Of a DNA stretch of 64,000 nucleotides, positions 39,846 through 52,131 are shown piece after piece. Below the pieces are notes generated by a model, which saw nothing but the letters and a program-made list of their open reading frames with translations, ran no database searches and was not told where the DNA came from. The position numbers and the translations under genes are program-made. The stretch comes from Eledone cirrhosa (lineage: Eukaryota). The stretch is from contig OZ024741.1 in assembly GCA_964016885.1 (NCBI GenBank), positions 384,090,001 to 384,154,000 on the forward strand. Direction: 5' to 3'. The first letter of the stretch is position 1; each line of letters begins with the position of its first letter.

Positions 39846-39925
39846 GTATATATACATATATATATACATGTATACATACATATATACATATATATATATA
39901 GTATGTATATATATATGTACATGCA

Positions 39926-40011
<86 letters not shown>

Positions 40012-40025
40012 TAAATATATATATA

Positions 40026-40830
40026 TTAGAATTGGTGCTCTGAAATAGCGATATATATATGAATGTATATTTAGTATATAGTATAGTATAGTATATAGTA
40101 TATAGTATTATATATAGTATATTTTACACTGTATGCTTAATTAAAAGCATTTTGAAGACCATACGCTATTGTTTTAAAGTAGCGACAGTGTCGCTTACTT
40201 AAATTTTCGGCAGACAGGGGGAGATAAGTTGACAGCGCTGTTTCGTACTATTTGGTACTTATCAAAACTCACTACTCTCTCTGTCTGCCGAAAAGTATGT
40301 GTGTTGGATTCTTATAGAATTCCAGTAACATTCAGGAACTGATTTTACAGAGCGGTCGCCCGTCCAGCAGAAATTGAAAATTAGAATTGGTCCTTTGAAA
40401 TAGCGATATATATATGAATTTATATATAGTGTAATTTGCAATACACTGTATGCTTGATTAAAAGCATTTTGAAGACCATACGGTATTGTTTTAAAGTAGC
40501 GACATTGTCGCTTACTTAAATTTCCGGCAGGCAGGGGAGATATTTCTGCTGGACCGGCGACCGCTCTGTAAAATCAGTTCTGATTGTTACTGGAATTCTA
40601 TAAGAATCCAACAGACATACTTTTCGGCAGACAGGGAGAGTAGTGAGTTTTGATAAGTACCAAATAGTACGAAACAGCGCTGTCAACTTATCTCCCCCTG
40701 TCTGCCGAAAATTTAAGTAAGCGACAATGTCGCTACTTTAAAACGGTGGCGTACGGTCTTCAAAATGCTTTTAATTAAGCATACAGTGTATTGCAAAATA
40801 CACTATATATACATTCATATATGTATATAT
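40026..40830. mobile_element. Retrozyme-like element: ~355 bp tandem repeat (1.5 units) then inverted unit
   Basis: ttagaattggt..tgaaatagcgatata at 40026 and 40381. 40543-40830 is inverted to ~40050-40373. (AT)n flanks. Confidence 0.8.
40645..40689 (+). ncRNA. Hammerhead ribozyme motif, U3-A8 core variant (mirror 40226-40270 on -)
   Basis: gagtt TTGATAA gtac-caaata-gtac GAAAC agcgct GTC aactt. Confidence 0.8.
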
Positions 40831-40845
40831 ATATTCATACATACA

Positions 40846-40893
<48 letters not shown>

Positions 40894-41015
40894 GAAACAT
40901 CTATATATATATACAGTATACATACATATATATAGTATATATGTGTATATATATATATTAAAATCACTTATATACATACCTATGTTTATACAGATTCTTC
41001 TGTACACACACATTA

Positions 41016-41057
<42 letters not shown>

Positions 41058-41060
41058 GTG

Positions 41061-41091
<31 letters not shown>

Positions 41092-41506
41092 ACTCGTACA
41101 GCAGAATATGTATAAATACAGGTATGTATGTAAATGCTTTCGAAATTTGTTTTTATAACGCAAATTTTCACTCTGAATTTGTTATGTACAATATATAACG
41201 TTATGGTTGCTTTGAACTAACTGCGTGAAGATTCGATCTAACATCCGTAGGTTTTTTTACATTAAACTTTTCGCACACCATCCCCTGCTGACATTCTAAC
41301 TGAATGCAAGTATTACAAAAGAGCATAAACGATCATTATGTTGCTTCTTTTGTGAGTATTTGTGAATGCACATGAAATATTATTACTTCATCAAAGGCTA
41401 TTGAAAAACTATCCTATGAATACAGGTTTTGTTGGAGGCGGCATCCAAGTCAATAGTAGAGTGGCGTTTGTTATTAGACTTATTTCCACTTTTATGAATG
41501 TATACT

Positions 41507-41553
<47 letters not shown>

Positions 41554-41599
41554 CATATGTGTTTTGTAAATATATAGATTTATAGATATATATATATAA

Positions 41600-41650
<51 letters not shown>

Positions 41651-42046
41651 AAGATTGAAGAATAATATGGTCGGCTGTACAACAAGGGGCTTATATATAT
41701 ATATATATATATATATCAGTGGGTGTTGTTATTCAACAGCTCAACAAAAGGTAACAATATGGTTTTACATACCAGAGATTTTTGTCCAATACCATTTTGT
41801 CACAGTGCCACGTTTCATACAACACAAGATAAAGGAAGACTTAACCAAAGAATGAAACGTTCAATTAACACATATTTTTACTTTTTCTGTTTTCTCTAGG
41901 TTCTAAATTTAGAAAGAAACTTTTTTGAAAAGGGCGAAATAACGTTTTGAATTATCATTGTTATTGTCATTGTATTGTATGTTACTAGTATGAAGAATTT
42001 GCTTCTTCTTATTTTGTTGCTGTCTGTTTGGGCACACGGCCAGCTT

Positions 42047-42132
<86 letters not shown>

Positions 42133-42210
42133 ATGCCTGGCTGAATATACACGTAGGTTTTTTACTCCGTTCGTTCCTCTTCCTTTTTATTTCACTTTTT
42201 ACTCATTTTA

Positions 42211-42246
42211 TTTTCTGATGAAGGACTAGTGTCCGAAACGTAAAGA
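42211..42246 (+). ncRNA. Minimal hammerhead ribozyme motif
   Basis: tttt CTGATGA a ggac-tagt-gtcc GAAAC GTA aaga. Confidence 0.72.
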
Positions 42247-42334
42247 TTTTTCCCTACTATATCAAGCGTTAAACTAATATATGTTTTCATTTTACCGTGT
42301 ACGTTTGCTTTGTTATTTCCTTTTCACTTTTTGC

Positions 42335-42405
<71 letters not shown>

Positions 42406-42550
42406 AGATAGTGTAGTTCAGTTAGCCAGTTCTAGCACATATAACTTGTACAGCCGCAAGCTCGTATATATATATATATGCAAATGGCAAACAACGCGGT
42501 ACAATGACCAAATATATCGTTAGTTTTACGTTAAACATAGTAGTAAAGAG

Positions 42551-42586
42551 TCTTAACGTTTCGGACGTTAGTCTTTCATCAGAAAA
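42551..42586 (-). ncRNA. Minimal hammerhead ribozyme motif (relative of 42211)
   Basis: tttt CTGATGA a agac-taac-gtcc GAAAC GTT aaga. Confidence 0.65.
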
Positions 42587-45089
42587 ATAGAATGAGAAAG
42601 TAAAGAATAAATAGAAAGAGGGAGGAGACTGGACAGTGGCAAAAATGAAAACAAATTTCTTGAGAAAATACAGGTCTATTCATGTCTCCATTTCTTGGAA
42701 AACCGTTGATGTTGGCTTTGTTGTATAAGTTGTTCATGTTTTGTATATAGAGCATGTAGTTGTGTGCGTGTGTGTGTGTTTGTTATTCGTCCTTACGAAG
42801 CTAAGAGGATATGTGTATGTATATGATAGTTTAAGAGAGCGCGCGTGTGTGTGTGTGTATATTTGTAAGTGTGAAGTTGTGAGCATATGTGTTTGTACAT
42901 AAGGGTGTGTGTGCCTGTTAGTTGTTGGTCCATACAGATCTGTGAAGATAATTGTAGAGGTATGTGTGTTGTTGGTCTATATAAACTGTAAGAGTGTGTT
43001 TTTCTGGCCATAACTGAGTCATAGGAACCTAGGGGCTGAATGTAGATGTGCGTGTGTAATAGCGGACGAGGTAAGGATGACAGTGAGTAGGGATAGAGAA
43101 GTCAGTGCAAGCGATTGTATGCAATATTAAAGAAGCTGGGGAAAACTTACAAATATACAAGTTATAAATAATTGCCATCATAATTTTATATTAACAATAA
43201 TAACACCTCCACCATCCTTCTAGCATCCTTCTATCATCTTGTTTTAGTGAAGCCATGTTGAATCATCTTCTTACGATTTATGTTATTTTAAGAATATCAA
43301 ATCCAGTTGGAGAGTGGGTATTGGTGGCAGTTTTCAAAATTGTCTTTCATTCATACGGGATCGATAAACTATTTAAGAAGGGGGATTTAGTGAATTAAAC
43401 CGAACCCAATATATCCCCCTTCTTAAATATGTAAACTTCGATCAAAGTAAGAAAGGATTATCAGAAAACTATAAATGATTTTAGATCTTTACTCGCACTC
43501 GCAATATATTGCTACGTTCTTCTACTTTCCAAAATTTAACAATGGTGGTGCTGGTGATTCTCTCCAGTAAAGATGATGGTGTAGATAGCAACTTCAGAAT
43601 GTCTTTGATGAGATATTCCAAACATCAACAAGCCGTCTTTTTTTTTTCGCGGTATTGTGAACTTCGGACTATATTATTCAGTGTGTCTATTCTTAATTCA
43701 ATAGAAAGCAATTTTGAGAAAATTTTGGCAACTGCTTTTCGTAGAGTGACACTGTAGCTGCTCGGTAAGTAATGGATATTTACTAGGTTCGGTGCAATCC
43801 TTCTTTACTATTTGTGACGTCAAGGTAATTTAATACATCAATATTAGAAACGCATCTTTATATTTTCAATTTGGTTTAGTAGATTCTAATGAAATAATAA
43901 AAGGATATTGGTATGATAATATCCCATGACTCCTGATGGAGTTGTAGGGGTGTCGTAGTAGCATACGGCGTTTCTTGGGCATTTTAAGCCTGCGGAGGCC
44001 ACACCTCGCCAGATCTGAACACAGCAGATTTCTTCCAGAGAAGGATAGAAAGTAAGACAGAGGGAATAGGAAAGCGATATAGAAAAGAAACGACCCCAGT
44101 ACTAGACTGGTACTTTTTTATCGACCTACAAAGGATGAAAGGCAAAGTTGACCACAGCGAGAGTTGAAGTAAGAAGAGAGCCGGAACGTCTACCGCAAAG
44201 CACTCTATTCGAAGTTCAAACAACTCTGTCAATTCGCCTCCAAACGGGTATTGAAACGTTACCTGATGAGATTTCGATCAAAGCTTAGACTAATTAATTA
44301 ATGTGAATTGAATCAAAAACTTGTTTAGTCTTGATAGTCAATTTTTTATGCCGGATGAATAAAAGTTTCCGACAGTGAGACGCGATCTCAGAGCATAGAA
44401 GAACAAAATTAGATACGTGGAATCATTTAGGTTGACGTTTTACATTTAATTTAATAAATTCATCACCTTTAAGAGCACTTATCATCACTTTTAAGGCTGA
44501 ATATCGTATTTTACACGTTTTAAAAGATATCTGACTTGTTCAATTTTAGTAAAACAGTTAAAAATGTAAACGTGCCAGTAATTAAGATGTTTCGCTTGTG
44601 AATAGATGATTTTAACTTCTTACTTTATCACACTTTATTTGTGAAACTGCTCTTCGTAGACATTGATGTTTATTTTAGGTTAGAATTAGAATAATATAAA
44701 CTAATTAAAAGATAACTAGAAAAGAAGCGATGCTAGTACATATTATGATAGGTATGATTTCATCATTGCGTTACGGTGTTATTCTTTGATAAATCCATTA
44801 TGTCACAATGTTCCTTCAACTCGTCAAGAGCACAAAATGAATATATCGATCAACACAGAGCACTGAAAGTGTAAGGTGAAAACAAATATAAGCTGAATGC
44901 ACGCAGCAACAAACGAATATTACAAATATACGAGAAATATACATGGCATTTAATCCTAACGAAACCCTTAAATTTGCCATTGGAAATCTTGAGAAACCTT
45001 ATAATACTGTTTCAAAACCTGTGTTATATATAATTCTTTTTATTATTATTGGATGATAATAAAACGAAATATCTATATTTGGATGATAA

Positions 45090-45503
45090 GATGTTCTGGA
45101 TTGCCAAAATCGTTAGAGAGCATTGGACAAGATTCTTTGTGGTATTGTTTCCGGCTCTTTACGTTCTGAATTCAAATCCTGCCGATGTCAGCTTTTTCTT
45201 TCATCCTTAAGGGGTCAATAAAATAAAGTACCAGTCAAGTACTGGGTCTATATAGTCTTTTTCTTCCCCACAAATTGTTGGCGTTGTGCCTAAATTAGAA
45301 ATCATTATTAAGGGCGGCGGATTGGCAGTATCGGTAGAGGGTCAGACGTCATGCTTTGACGCATAGAGTTACGGCCCTTTCTATTCTGAGTTCAAATCCC
45401 ACCGAGATTAACTTTGCCTTTCATCCTTACGGGGTCGATAAAATAAAGTAGCAGTAATTCACTGGGGTAATTGCTAGCCTTGAGCCAAAAGTATAAACAT
45501 TAT
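45090..45503 (+). mobile_element. Two tandem SINE S1 copies
   Basis: Same head and core motifs. The second copy starts ggcggcggattggcagtatcgg at ~45313. Confidence 0.8.
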
Positions 45504-45559
45504 TCTGTATTCAAGCGTACTTGCTAATTAAAAGTGGAATTCTGATAAGTGCGTTAGAC

Positions 45560-46930
45560 TTACGATCATACACAGACGTAATTTAGGAACACCACAACCC
45601 TCATCGCCAAGAGCACTATAGGTGCGGGCTATCCTCGCTACATTCACGCAACTTTTAAACTGCATACTCTTTCCGCCTAAAAGAAGGCGGTGAGGTAATC
45701 TTCGTGATAGATTCAGCAATTGCCGGACATGTCCTATAAGTGACAACAGCTGTTTGACAAAACTCCACAAAGGAGCAATCACCAGACATTGTACAAGTGT
45801 ATACAAATGTTTTATTGTTCTGAGTACATCATGGATAGGTCAGTCTGACAGCACTTCCATACCTGTAGAGTTTGTTTCAAACTGGCAATGCCCTCCTTCC
45901 CCGGTAGCACTACAAGGATTTCTGGAAATTGTCCATAACTCCCAATCCCAAAGTTTTCCGTTTCTGGTTAATAAATTCTGGTTAACATCTGGAGTTTCTC
46001 CGAGAACGTAGTCGCTCTTGCCAACCACTAGTCCTCTATAAAATGCGAGAGTGGAATTTCCTCTGACCGCATTGACCGATTGGTAGAGATATGTGTGTGA
46101 CTGACAACATTCCAGATGTCAGGCGCCCAATCTCGTACTTCGCTTGACCCAAGACTGTAACTCAGTTAATGATGAGCTACGGAAACGTGTTAGCAACAGG
46201 TGAACCGACTGACCAGTGGAACTTGTTCTTTATTCCACAAGTAGTGAAAAAAGCAAATACTCTAATCTGAGGAGACGCAAACTGGAGCAAGGCACCTAGG
46301 AGATGTACATGTTCACCACTTCTTCCCGACCTTTCAGAGATAGATTCCTCCTGACCCATTTCTGAGTGAGAGTGATTTCCCTGTTCATTATCTCGTGCTG
46401 CGATTTTCTATGCATCTGGAGTTCCGGACCAAACCAGACACTGAGCAACTTAACCGGTGAGTTTGTCCAGCATCCCACGTCGCTGTTAAACGAGATAGAT
46501 TTGCATTTCTAGGTTCCAGGCTGCAAACCCACCGACTGTCTGGGTTAATTTTTTATCCTGCCAATATTTCATACTCTTCTAAGGAGTTACCAACCACCTC
46601 AATTTCCGATGGGTTCGACACCATCACGATGACGTTGTCCGTATTTGCCAATGCACATTTCCACTCCCAGTTCGAGTGGGATGCCCTTCAACAGCTCCAG
46701 CTTTCACAGTAGTGGCTCGAGAGCCAGTACATATAGAAGGGAGGTCATCTTTGGAGGCCCGAACGCGATTCTGAAACGGTTCTGATCGGTGACGCTTACT
46801 ATGACCACCGAGCAGATGCCACTGTGCATTGAAGCGATCCAGGCTTTGAAGACGTGACAGAAACCGACTACCTTGAGGACTGTTTCCAAGTAGCGATGAT
46901 CGAACCTATCGAAGCTTTCGATTAATTCAT
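45560..46930 (-). pseudogene. Decayed L1/Tx1 ORF2 3' half (relative of 1-3712)
   Basis: VLKVVGFCHVFKAWIASMHSGICSVV, LLYVLALEPLL, WTNSPVKLLSVWFGP, TQKWVRRNLSLKGREEV and GKSDYVLGETPDV align to the first element. Confidence 0.85.
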
Positions 46931-47168
46931 ATTATCGGAAGCTCACTGAAGCTCTACCCCCTCTGTAATAATACACATGGGAGGAAATTGTTACTCGTAC
47001 CCCTTCTGCAACTAGATCAGGTGGCACCATTACTTTGGCCTTTCCGTCTTCAAATGTTATACTTTTGTTAGGTTTGTTGTTTTTTGGTTGTATTTGATTT
47101 CTGTTGTAGTGGTGTCAGATTTTAGCAATGGTGGGAAGTCACTTTTCTAGGCTGTTGCTTCGTGTTGC

Positions 47169-47215
<47 letters not shown>

Positions 47216-47233
47216 TGTTGTTGTTGTTGTTGT

Positions 47234-47271
<38 letters not shown>
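47169..47271. repeat. Compound (GTA)n(GTT)n(GAT)n microsatellite
   Basis: Direct reading. Confidence 0.95.
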
Positions 47272-47273
<2 letters not shown>

Positions 47274-47479
47274 AAACATTTTTTTGTTACTAACGCCAAC
47301 ATTTTTTCTTTTTTGTTCAGAGAAAGAACGAATTTCTTTTCAACAATTTCTGCCCTCTCGAGCTTGACCTTCCGGGGAAACAATAGAAAAAAATCAAAAG
47401 ATAATTTAAAGTATCTAAAATTTACGACCTACCTCGGAACGAAGTAAACACTTGAATTCAATTCAACTGTCAATATTAA

Positions 47480-47690
47480 CTGTTTCTAATGTTGGCACAA
47501 GGCCAGCAATTTAAAAAGAATGGAGAAAGTCGATTAAATCTACCCTGTTGCGTTACTGGTACTTTATTTTATCGAACCCGTAAGGATGAAATACAAAGCT
47601 AACCATGGCGGGATTTGAACTCAGAAAGTTGTAACTAAATACTGTAATGCATTTTTCCTGACGCCCAGCCGTTACTGCCTCTCCACCGCT
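47480..47690 (-). mobile_element. SINE S1 copy
   Basis: Core motif in reverse orientation. Confidence 0.75.
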
Positions 47691-47769
47691 CTGATAAATT
47701 AAAAGAAGCAATTAGGAGATGCATTCCAACCGACATATTAGCTACGAGAATGACACCGGACTATTTCTT

Positions 47770-48841
47770 CAATGCGAAAGATGAAGGTTGCATTGTCAGA
47801 ATGCTTCAAGAAACGAAGGAACGAAAACTGTCCAGTGGTAGATGTGCAGCGTGACAACAAAGCCACAATCCGGTCTTTTACTGACCAAGATGGGTGCGTG
47901 CTGTTCGATTCCAAGCAGATATGTATGGCTTTTCAGTTTCTCTTTGCCCCATTGCTCGAGGTGAGCCGGTAGTCGGAGACTATAGCTGACTACAGCTCCT
48001 ACCTCCACGGCCTACCACGATTCTCGGTGGCAGATGCTGAGTGCTGCGAAAAGCTGATAACAGCAGCTGAGATACAGGAAGGCCTGGCCGGCTGTATAAG
48101 TCACAAATCGCCCAGTTTGGATGATCTGCTCAATAAGTTTTACGTAGATATGCCTGAAGCGGATGTCCTTGAAGCGGTCTACTTCAACTGGCAGCAGAAC
48201 AAGAGAATTCCTAGTTCTGTGAGTTGGAGCGTAGTAACACCGATGAGAAAAGACGAGAACAAGGGCGGACTTTCTAGATAATTTCTGGCTCATAACTCGA
48301 AACCTTCCATTGTAAAGTTCGCCCATGCCTTCTTTTGGCTGGCAAAGGCAGGCAGTTTTCCTGTCTGGCGACTGTGGCGAAGGAGGTTGTGTAGTTGACA
48401 TGACTGAAGGGAATGAAGGCAGACACTTCCCTCTTCGACCAAGCTCACATGAGCTTCTTTCAAGTTCCACTTGGAAAGGAGGCTGAGGGTGGCGAGGGAA
48501 GTGCTACCCCCTCCCCCAGTACATTTATTAAAAGGCGGATGAACGTAGACAGGATGACCTGAGTGAATGCGCCTGTTCTGATTATGCGTACGTCGGCTGG
48601 AGAGATTTACAAGAAGAGGGGCACCCTCCAATGGTGCTGTTGTATATTAGGGGGGTTTAGGATCTGTGGGGTTCCTAAGTTACTACTGGGTGGTACTCCC
48701 ACTATTGGTGAATTTTATAATCAATTTGTTAATTGTTACCTGTTATCTTTCTTTACACATTCTATGTAAATCCCACTTTCCCTGTTTTTGTATTGTCCTT
48801 TATATTTTGGCCCTAGGGGCCAATAAAGACATTATTATTAT
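47770..48841 (+). pseudogene. Internally deleted L1/Tx1 copy with 3'UTR, AATAAA and (ATT)n tail
   Basis: NKATIRSFTDQDG, AECCEKLITAAEI..KSPSLDDL..WQQNKRIPS, then a jump to the C-terminal region (ttcaagttccacttggaaagg). aataaagacattattatta at ~48822. Confidence 0.85.
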
Positions 48842-48886
48842 TTATTTTATTTAGTCAGAAGGATAATACAAAAAATATTATCACCC

Positions 48887-49590
48887 TGGTGGTAGTGGTA
48901 GTGGTGAAGGAAGTGGTTGTGGTGGTGGTGGTAGTTATGATGGTGGTGGTTGTGGTGATGGTGGTGGTGGTTGTGGTTGTGGTGGTGGTGGTTATGGTGG
49001 TTGTGGTTATGGTGGTGGTTGTGGCTATGGTGGTGGTGGTGGTAGTTGTGGTGGTGGCGGCGGCGCGGCGGCGGTGGTGGTGGTGGTGGTGGTCGCGGTG
49101 TTGGTGGTTGTGGTTATGGTGGTGGTGGTGATAATTGTGGTGGTGGTTGTGGGTGGTGGTGGTGGTTTTGGTGGTCGTGGTGGTGGTGGTGGTGGTGGTT
49201 GTGGTGGTTGTGGTGGTGGTGGTGGTCGTGGTGGTGGTGGTCGTCGTCGTCCTGGTAGTGTTGGTGGCGGTGGCGGTGGTGGTGGTGGTTGTGGTGCTGG
49301 TCACCGTCGTGGTGGCGTTGGTTATAATAGTGGATGGAAATTATGTTGGAGTTTATGATAGAGGTTAGTGTGAGTGGTGGTAATGGAAGTAATGATGAAG
49401 GTGGCGGTGGGACAGATGGTGGTGGAGGGGGGTAGTGGTTGTGGTGGTGGTGAAGGTGATAGTGTGAATGGTGATGGTGGTATGGGGGATTGCTGGAGGT
49501 GACGGTGTTGGCGTGTAGTTAGGGGTGGTGTAGCGTTGGTGACGGGTCGTATAGTGATCGTGGTTTTGGTGATGTTGGTGATGTCGTGGT
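48887..49590. repeat. Degenerate (GTG)n/(GGT)n low-complexity tract
   Basis: Direct reading. Confidence 0.9.
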
Positions 49591-50376
49591 TGATACACTT
49601 GTAATTATTGTTACAGCTAAATATAACGTTGAAAATAGCTGTTATAGAGACAAAATACAGTTTATATGGTCTTTTGTTTCTTTGTTTTGCTTTGTTTCGT
49701 TTTGTTGTTGTTCTTTTCTCTCTAAAAGAAATAATTAATGAGGATTGACGGAGAAACTGCAGATGAAAGCACAATGAAATTTTCATTTTTAACCACTACG
49801 CTTTACTCGTCCCCTTTTCAATTAGCAGATTAGATTTATACCGCTAAAATCCTTCCGACGCCTGATAACAGACTTAAACCAATGTAACTTAATCAGATTT
49901 AAAATCTCCATCTTTCTAATCCCCACTCATCACTATGAATTGATAAAAGCTGAAAATACTCCTGCCTTTGTTTGATTCTTTAATTTTCATTAGACTGATG
50001 CATTTTTCCTTTGCTTCTGTCCTGAAGATGTATGGTATTTGTAAATGGTCGTTTTTATTTTTGTTGAGCTGTTGGAGTTTGGATTTCAATATCATAGCCA
50101 TCTATTAGCTTCTTTCCATCGCTTCTATTTATCCAATAAAATCGTTCTATAAATTCTTCTATCCCTATTACTCAATCAATGATTGGCCATATATATATAT
50201 AATTAAAAGGACGATTTTTTTACCTTCATTACGTTTATTGAGTTGTGACGTGCGTTTCGCTATTGATTAGCTCAAGGTTCGATCTGTATATATATATACA
50301 TAATACATTATGAAGAGAAAAGAAACATTAGATATAATTAATAATAAGATATATCATACCCAAACTCCTTCTTTAC

Positions 50377-50469
50377 TCCTCGACTACGTAGTTTCGTGGC
50401 ATATTATGCAAAAACACTACATCACAGAGATATAGAATTTTTGTGAGGTCTGCCGACTTATCAAGAGGA
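50377..50469 (-). ncRNA. Hammerhead ribozyme motif, U3-A8 core with branched stem II
   Basis: tcctc TTGATAA gtcggca..(~50 nt, two hairpins)..tgccac GAAAC tacgta GTC gagga. Confidence 0.72.
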
Positions 50470-50831
50470 TACCTCATTGATAGTTTCAAAACACGTCCGT
50501 AGGACGCGAGATAGAATCCCGAAAGGCGGAGGGGGAGTCAATCACGTGTTACAGCGGTCAAGAAACAGAGCTAAGCCTCTTATAACCATGAAAAAATACC
50601 ACGGAGGCGGAGGGGGTACTTATATCAAAGCCGTAGAAGAGGTGGCTAAGGTGGTGAGAAGTATGAGTAATTATAGCTTTCCAGCAGTCACTACACTTCA
50701 AAGGTTACTCGACCAAAGAGAGTTATAAACAATATATAGAAACACACAGATACATGCGGACACATACATATACATGAATATATCCACATATATCTTTGAA
50801 TTAATGTGTGTGTATGTGTGTGTGTGTGTGT

Positions 50832-51112
50832 GGAGACGCGTGGCCTAATGGTGAGGGTGATGAACTCACGATCATAATGTCGTGGGTTCAATTCATGGAT
50901 CGCATGTTGTGTTCTTGAGCAAAACACTTCATTTCACGTTGCTCCAGTATACTTAGCTGAAAATAAGTACCAGCAATAGCTGGGGGGGGGGGTTAAACCT
51001 ACGATGGACTGGCGTCCTGTCCATGGGGGAGTTTGTGCTCTCAGTCGCTTCACGCCATGAAGCCGGGATAAGCACCGGCTAAATGAGCCTTCTGGCTTAA
51101 GGCAGACTTTAC
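50832..51112 (+). mobile_element. Full-length tRNA-head SINE S2
   Basis: A-box tggcctaatgg, B-box-like ggttcaattc, central ttcttgagcaaaacacttc and cgatggactggcgtcctgtcc, 3' end ggcagactttac. Confidence 0.78.
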
Positions 51113-51181
51113 ATACATACATGCATACATACATACATACATACATACATACATACATACATACATACATACATACATACA

Positions 51182-51210
<29 letters not shown>
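51110..51210. repeat. (TACA)n microsatellite (resumes at 52101-52131 and 54763-54836)
   Basis: Direct reading. Confidence 0.95.
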
Positions 51211-51211
<1 letters not shown>

Positions 51212-51212
<1 letters not shown>

Positions 51213-52100
51213 GAAATAAAGCCTGATATAAGTCTCTCACCCAGAGAAATCGGAAGATCCTATTCAATGTTCAAACAAGATGAAAAAATTGACCAATTTA
51301 CAGAAAAAGTTGTTCACAGGATACTTGAGACGTAAAACACAGACCATAGAGGGGATAAACCACTCAAAAAGCCTGAGATGGAGTTCCGGCAAGTTTAAGA
51401 CATCACACCTTGAGGGATATCTCTATGCAATACAGGAACAAGAACTCCCTAACAAATATCTGCTGCACAAAAGAGGAAGGCCATCAGCTGACATTAAATG
51501 CAGACTATATAAAACAAAGATCGAAGATGTAAGACACATTGTTGCCAGCTGCGAAAGAATGTCATCTCGCTACTACCTCCCCATGAGACACGATGTGATA
51601 GCTAGAACCATCTGGAACGCACTTCGGAAAACAAAATTGAAAATAAACGAGGAAGAATATATTGAGACAGATGGCACTAAGGAATACTGGTGGAACCTGA
51701 AAATAAAAACTGCCACCAAACGTGTTCTGTTGTGGAGATCAGCTGCCCACTTGATGTAAACGTTGTCAGAAAAATACAGGAGAAGGAGGACATCTACGGA
51801 CCATTGATGAGGAGTTTACAAATCCAGTATCCAAGATACACCTTTAGCTTCTTACCCATCATTATTGGAGCTACGGGTTATATACCACCACACTTGGACC
51901 AATGTATAACTCAACTTGGATTTGCGGACAAACAGCGTAGCTCCCTAATTCATAGTCTACAATTGGCTGCGATAGCTGGCACCTTCAAAGTTTGCAAAAC
52001 ATTCTTGTGATTCAAGGGATGACAATTTCTTTTCTTTTACAACCTTGCCACCAGGAAGGTGGCCGGTCAAAAATATACTCGAAATTAAGAGTTAGAGATA
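51212..52100 (+). mobile_element. 5'-truncated R4/Dong-like non-LTR retrotransposon (CCHC + restriction-like endonuclease)
   Basis: EGYLYAIQEQE, KCRL..EDVRHIVASC..YYLPMRHD, CSVVEISCPLD..KEDIYGPL, PIIIGATG. Confidence 0.85.
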
Positions 52101-52131
52101 ACATACATACATACATACATACATACATACA

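Noticed and set aside
38205-39926. Identical 62-114 aa ORFs repeated on both strands
   Set aside because: They are a consequence of the 454-bp tandem/inverted unit, contain microsatellite-derived residues, and the frames are not conserved in the 12.4-15 kb subfamily.
48855-49786. Thr/His/Val/Gly-rich ORFs (mucin-like)
   Set aside because: They arise from a degenerate (GTG)n tract open in most frames, with no splice or domain evidence.
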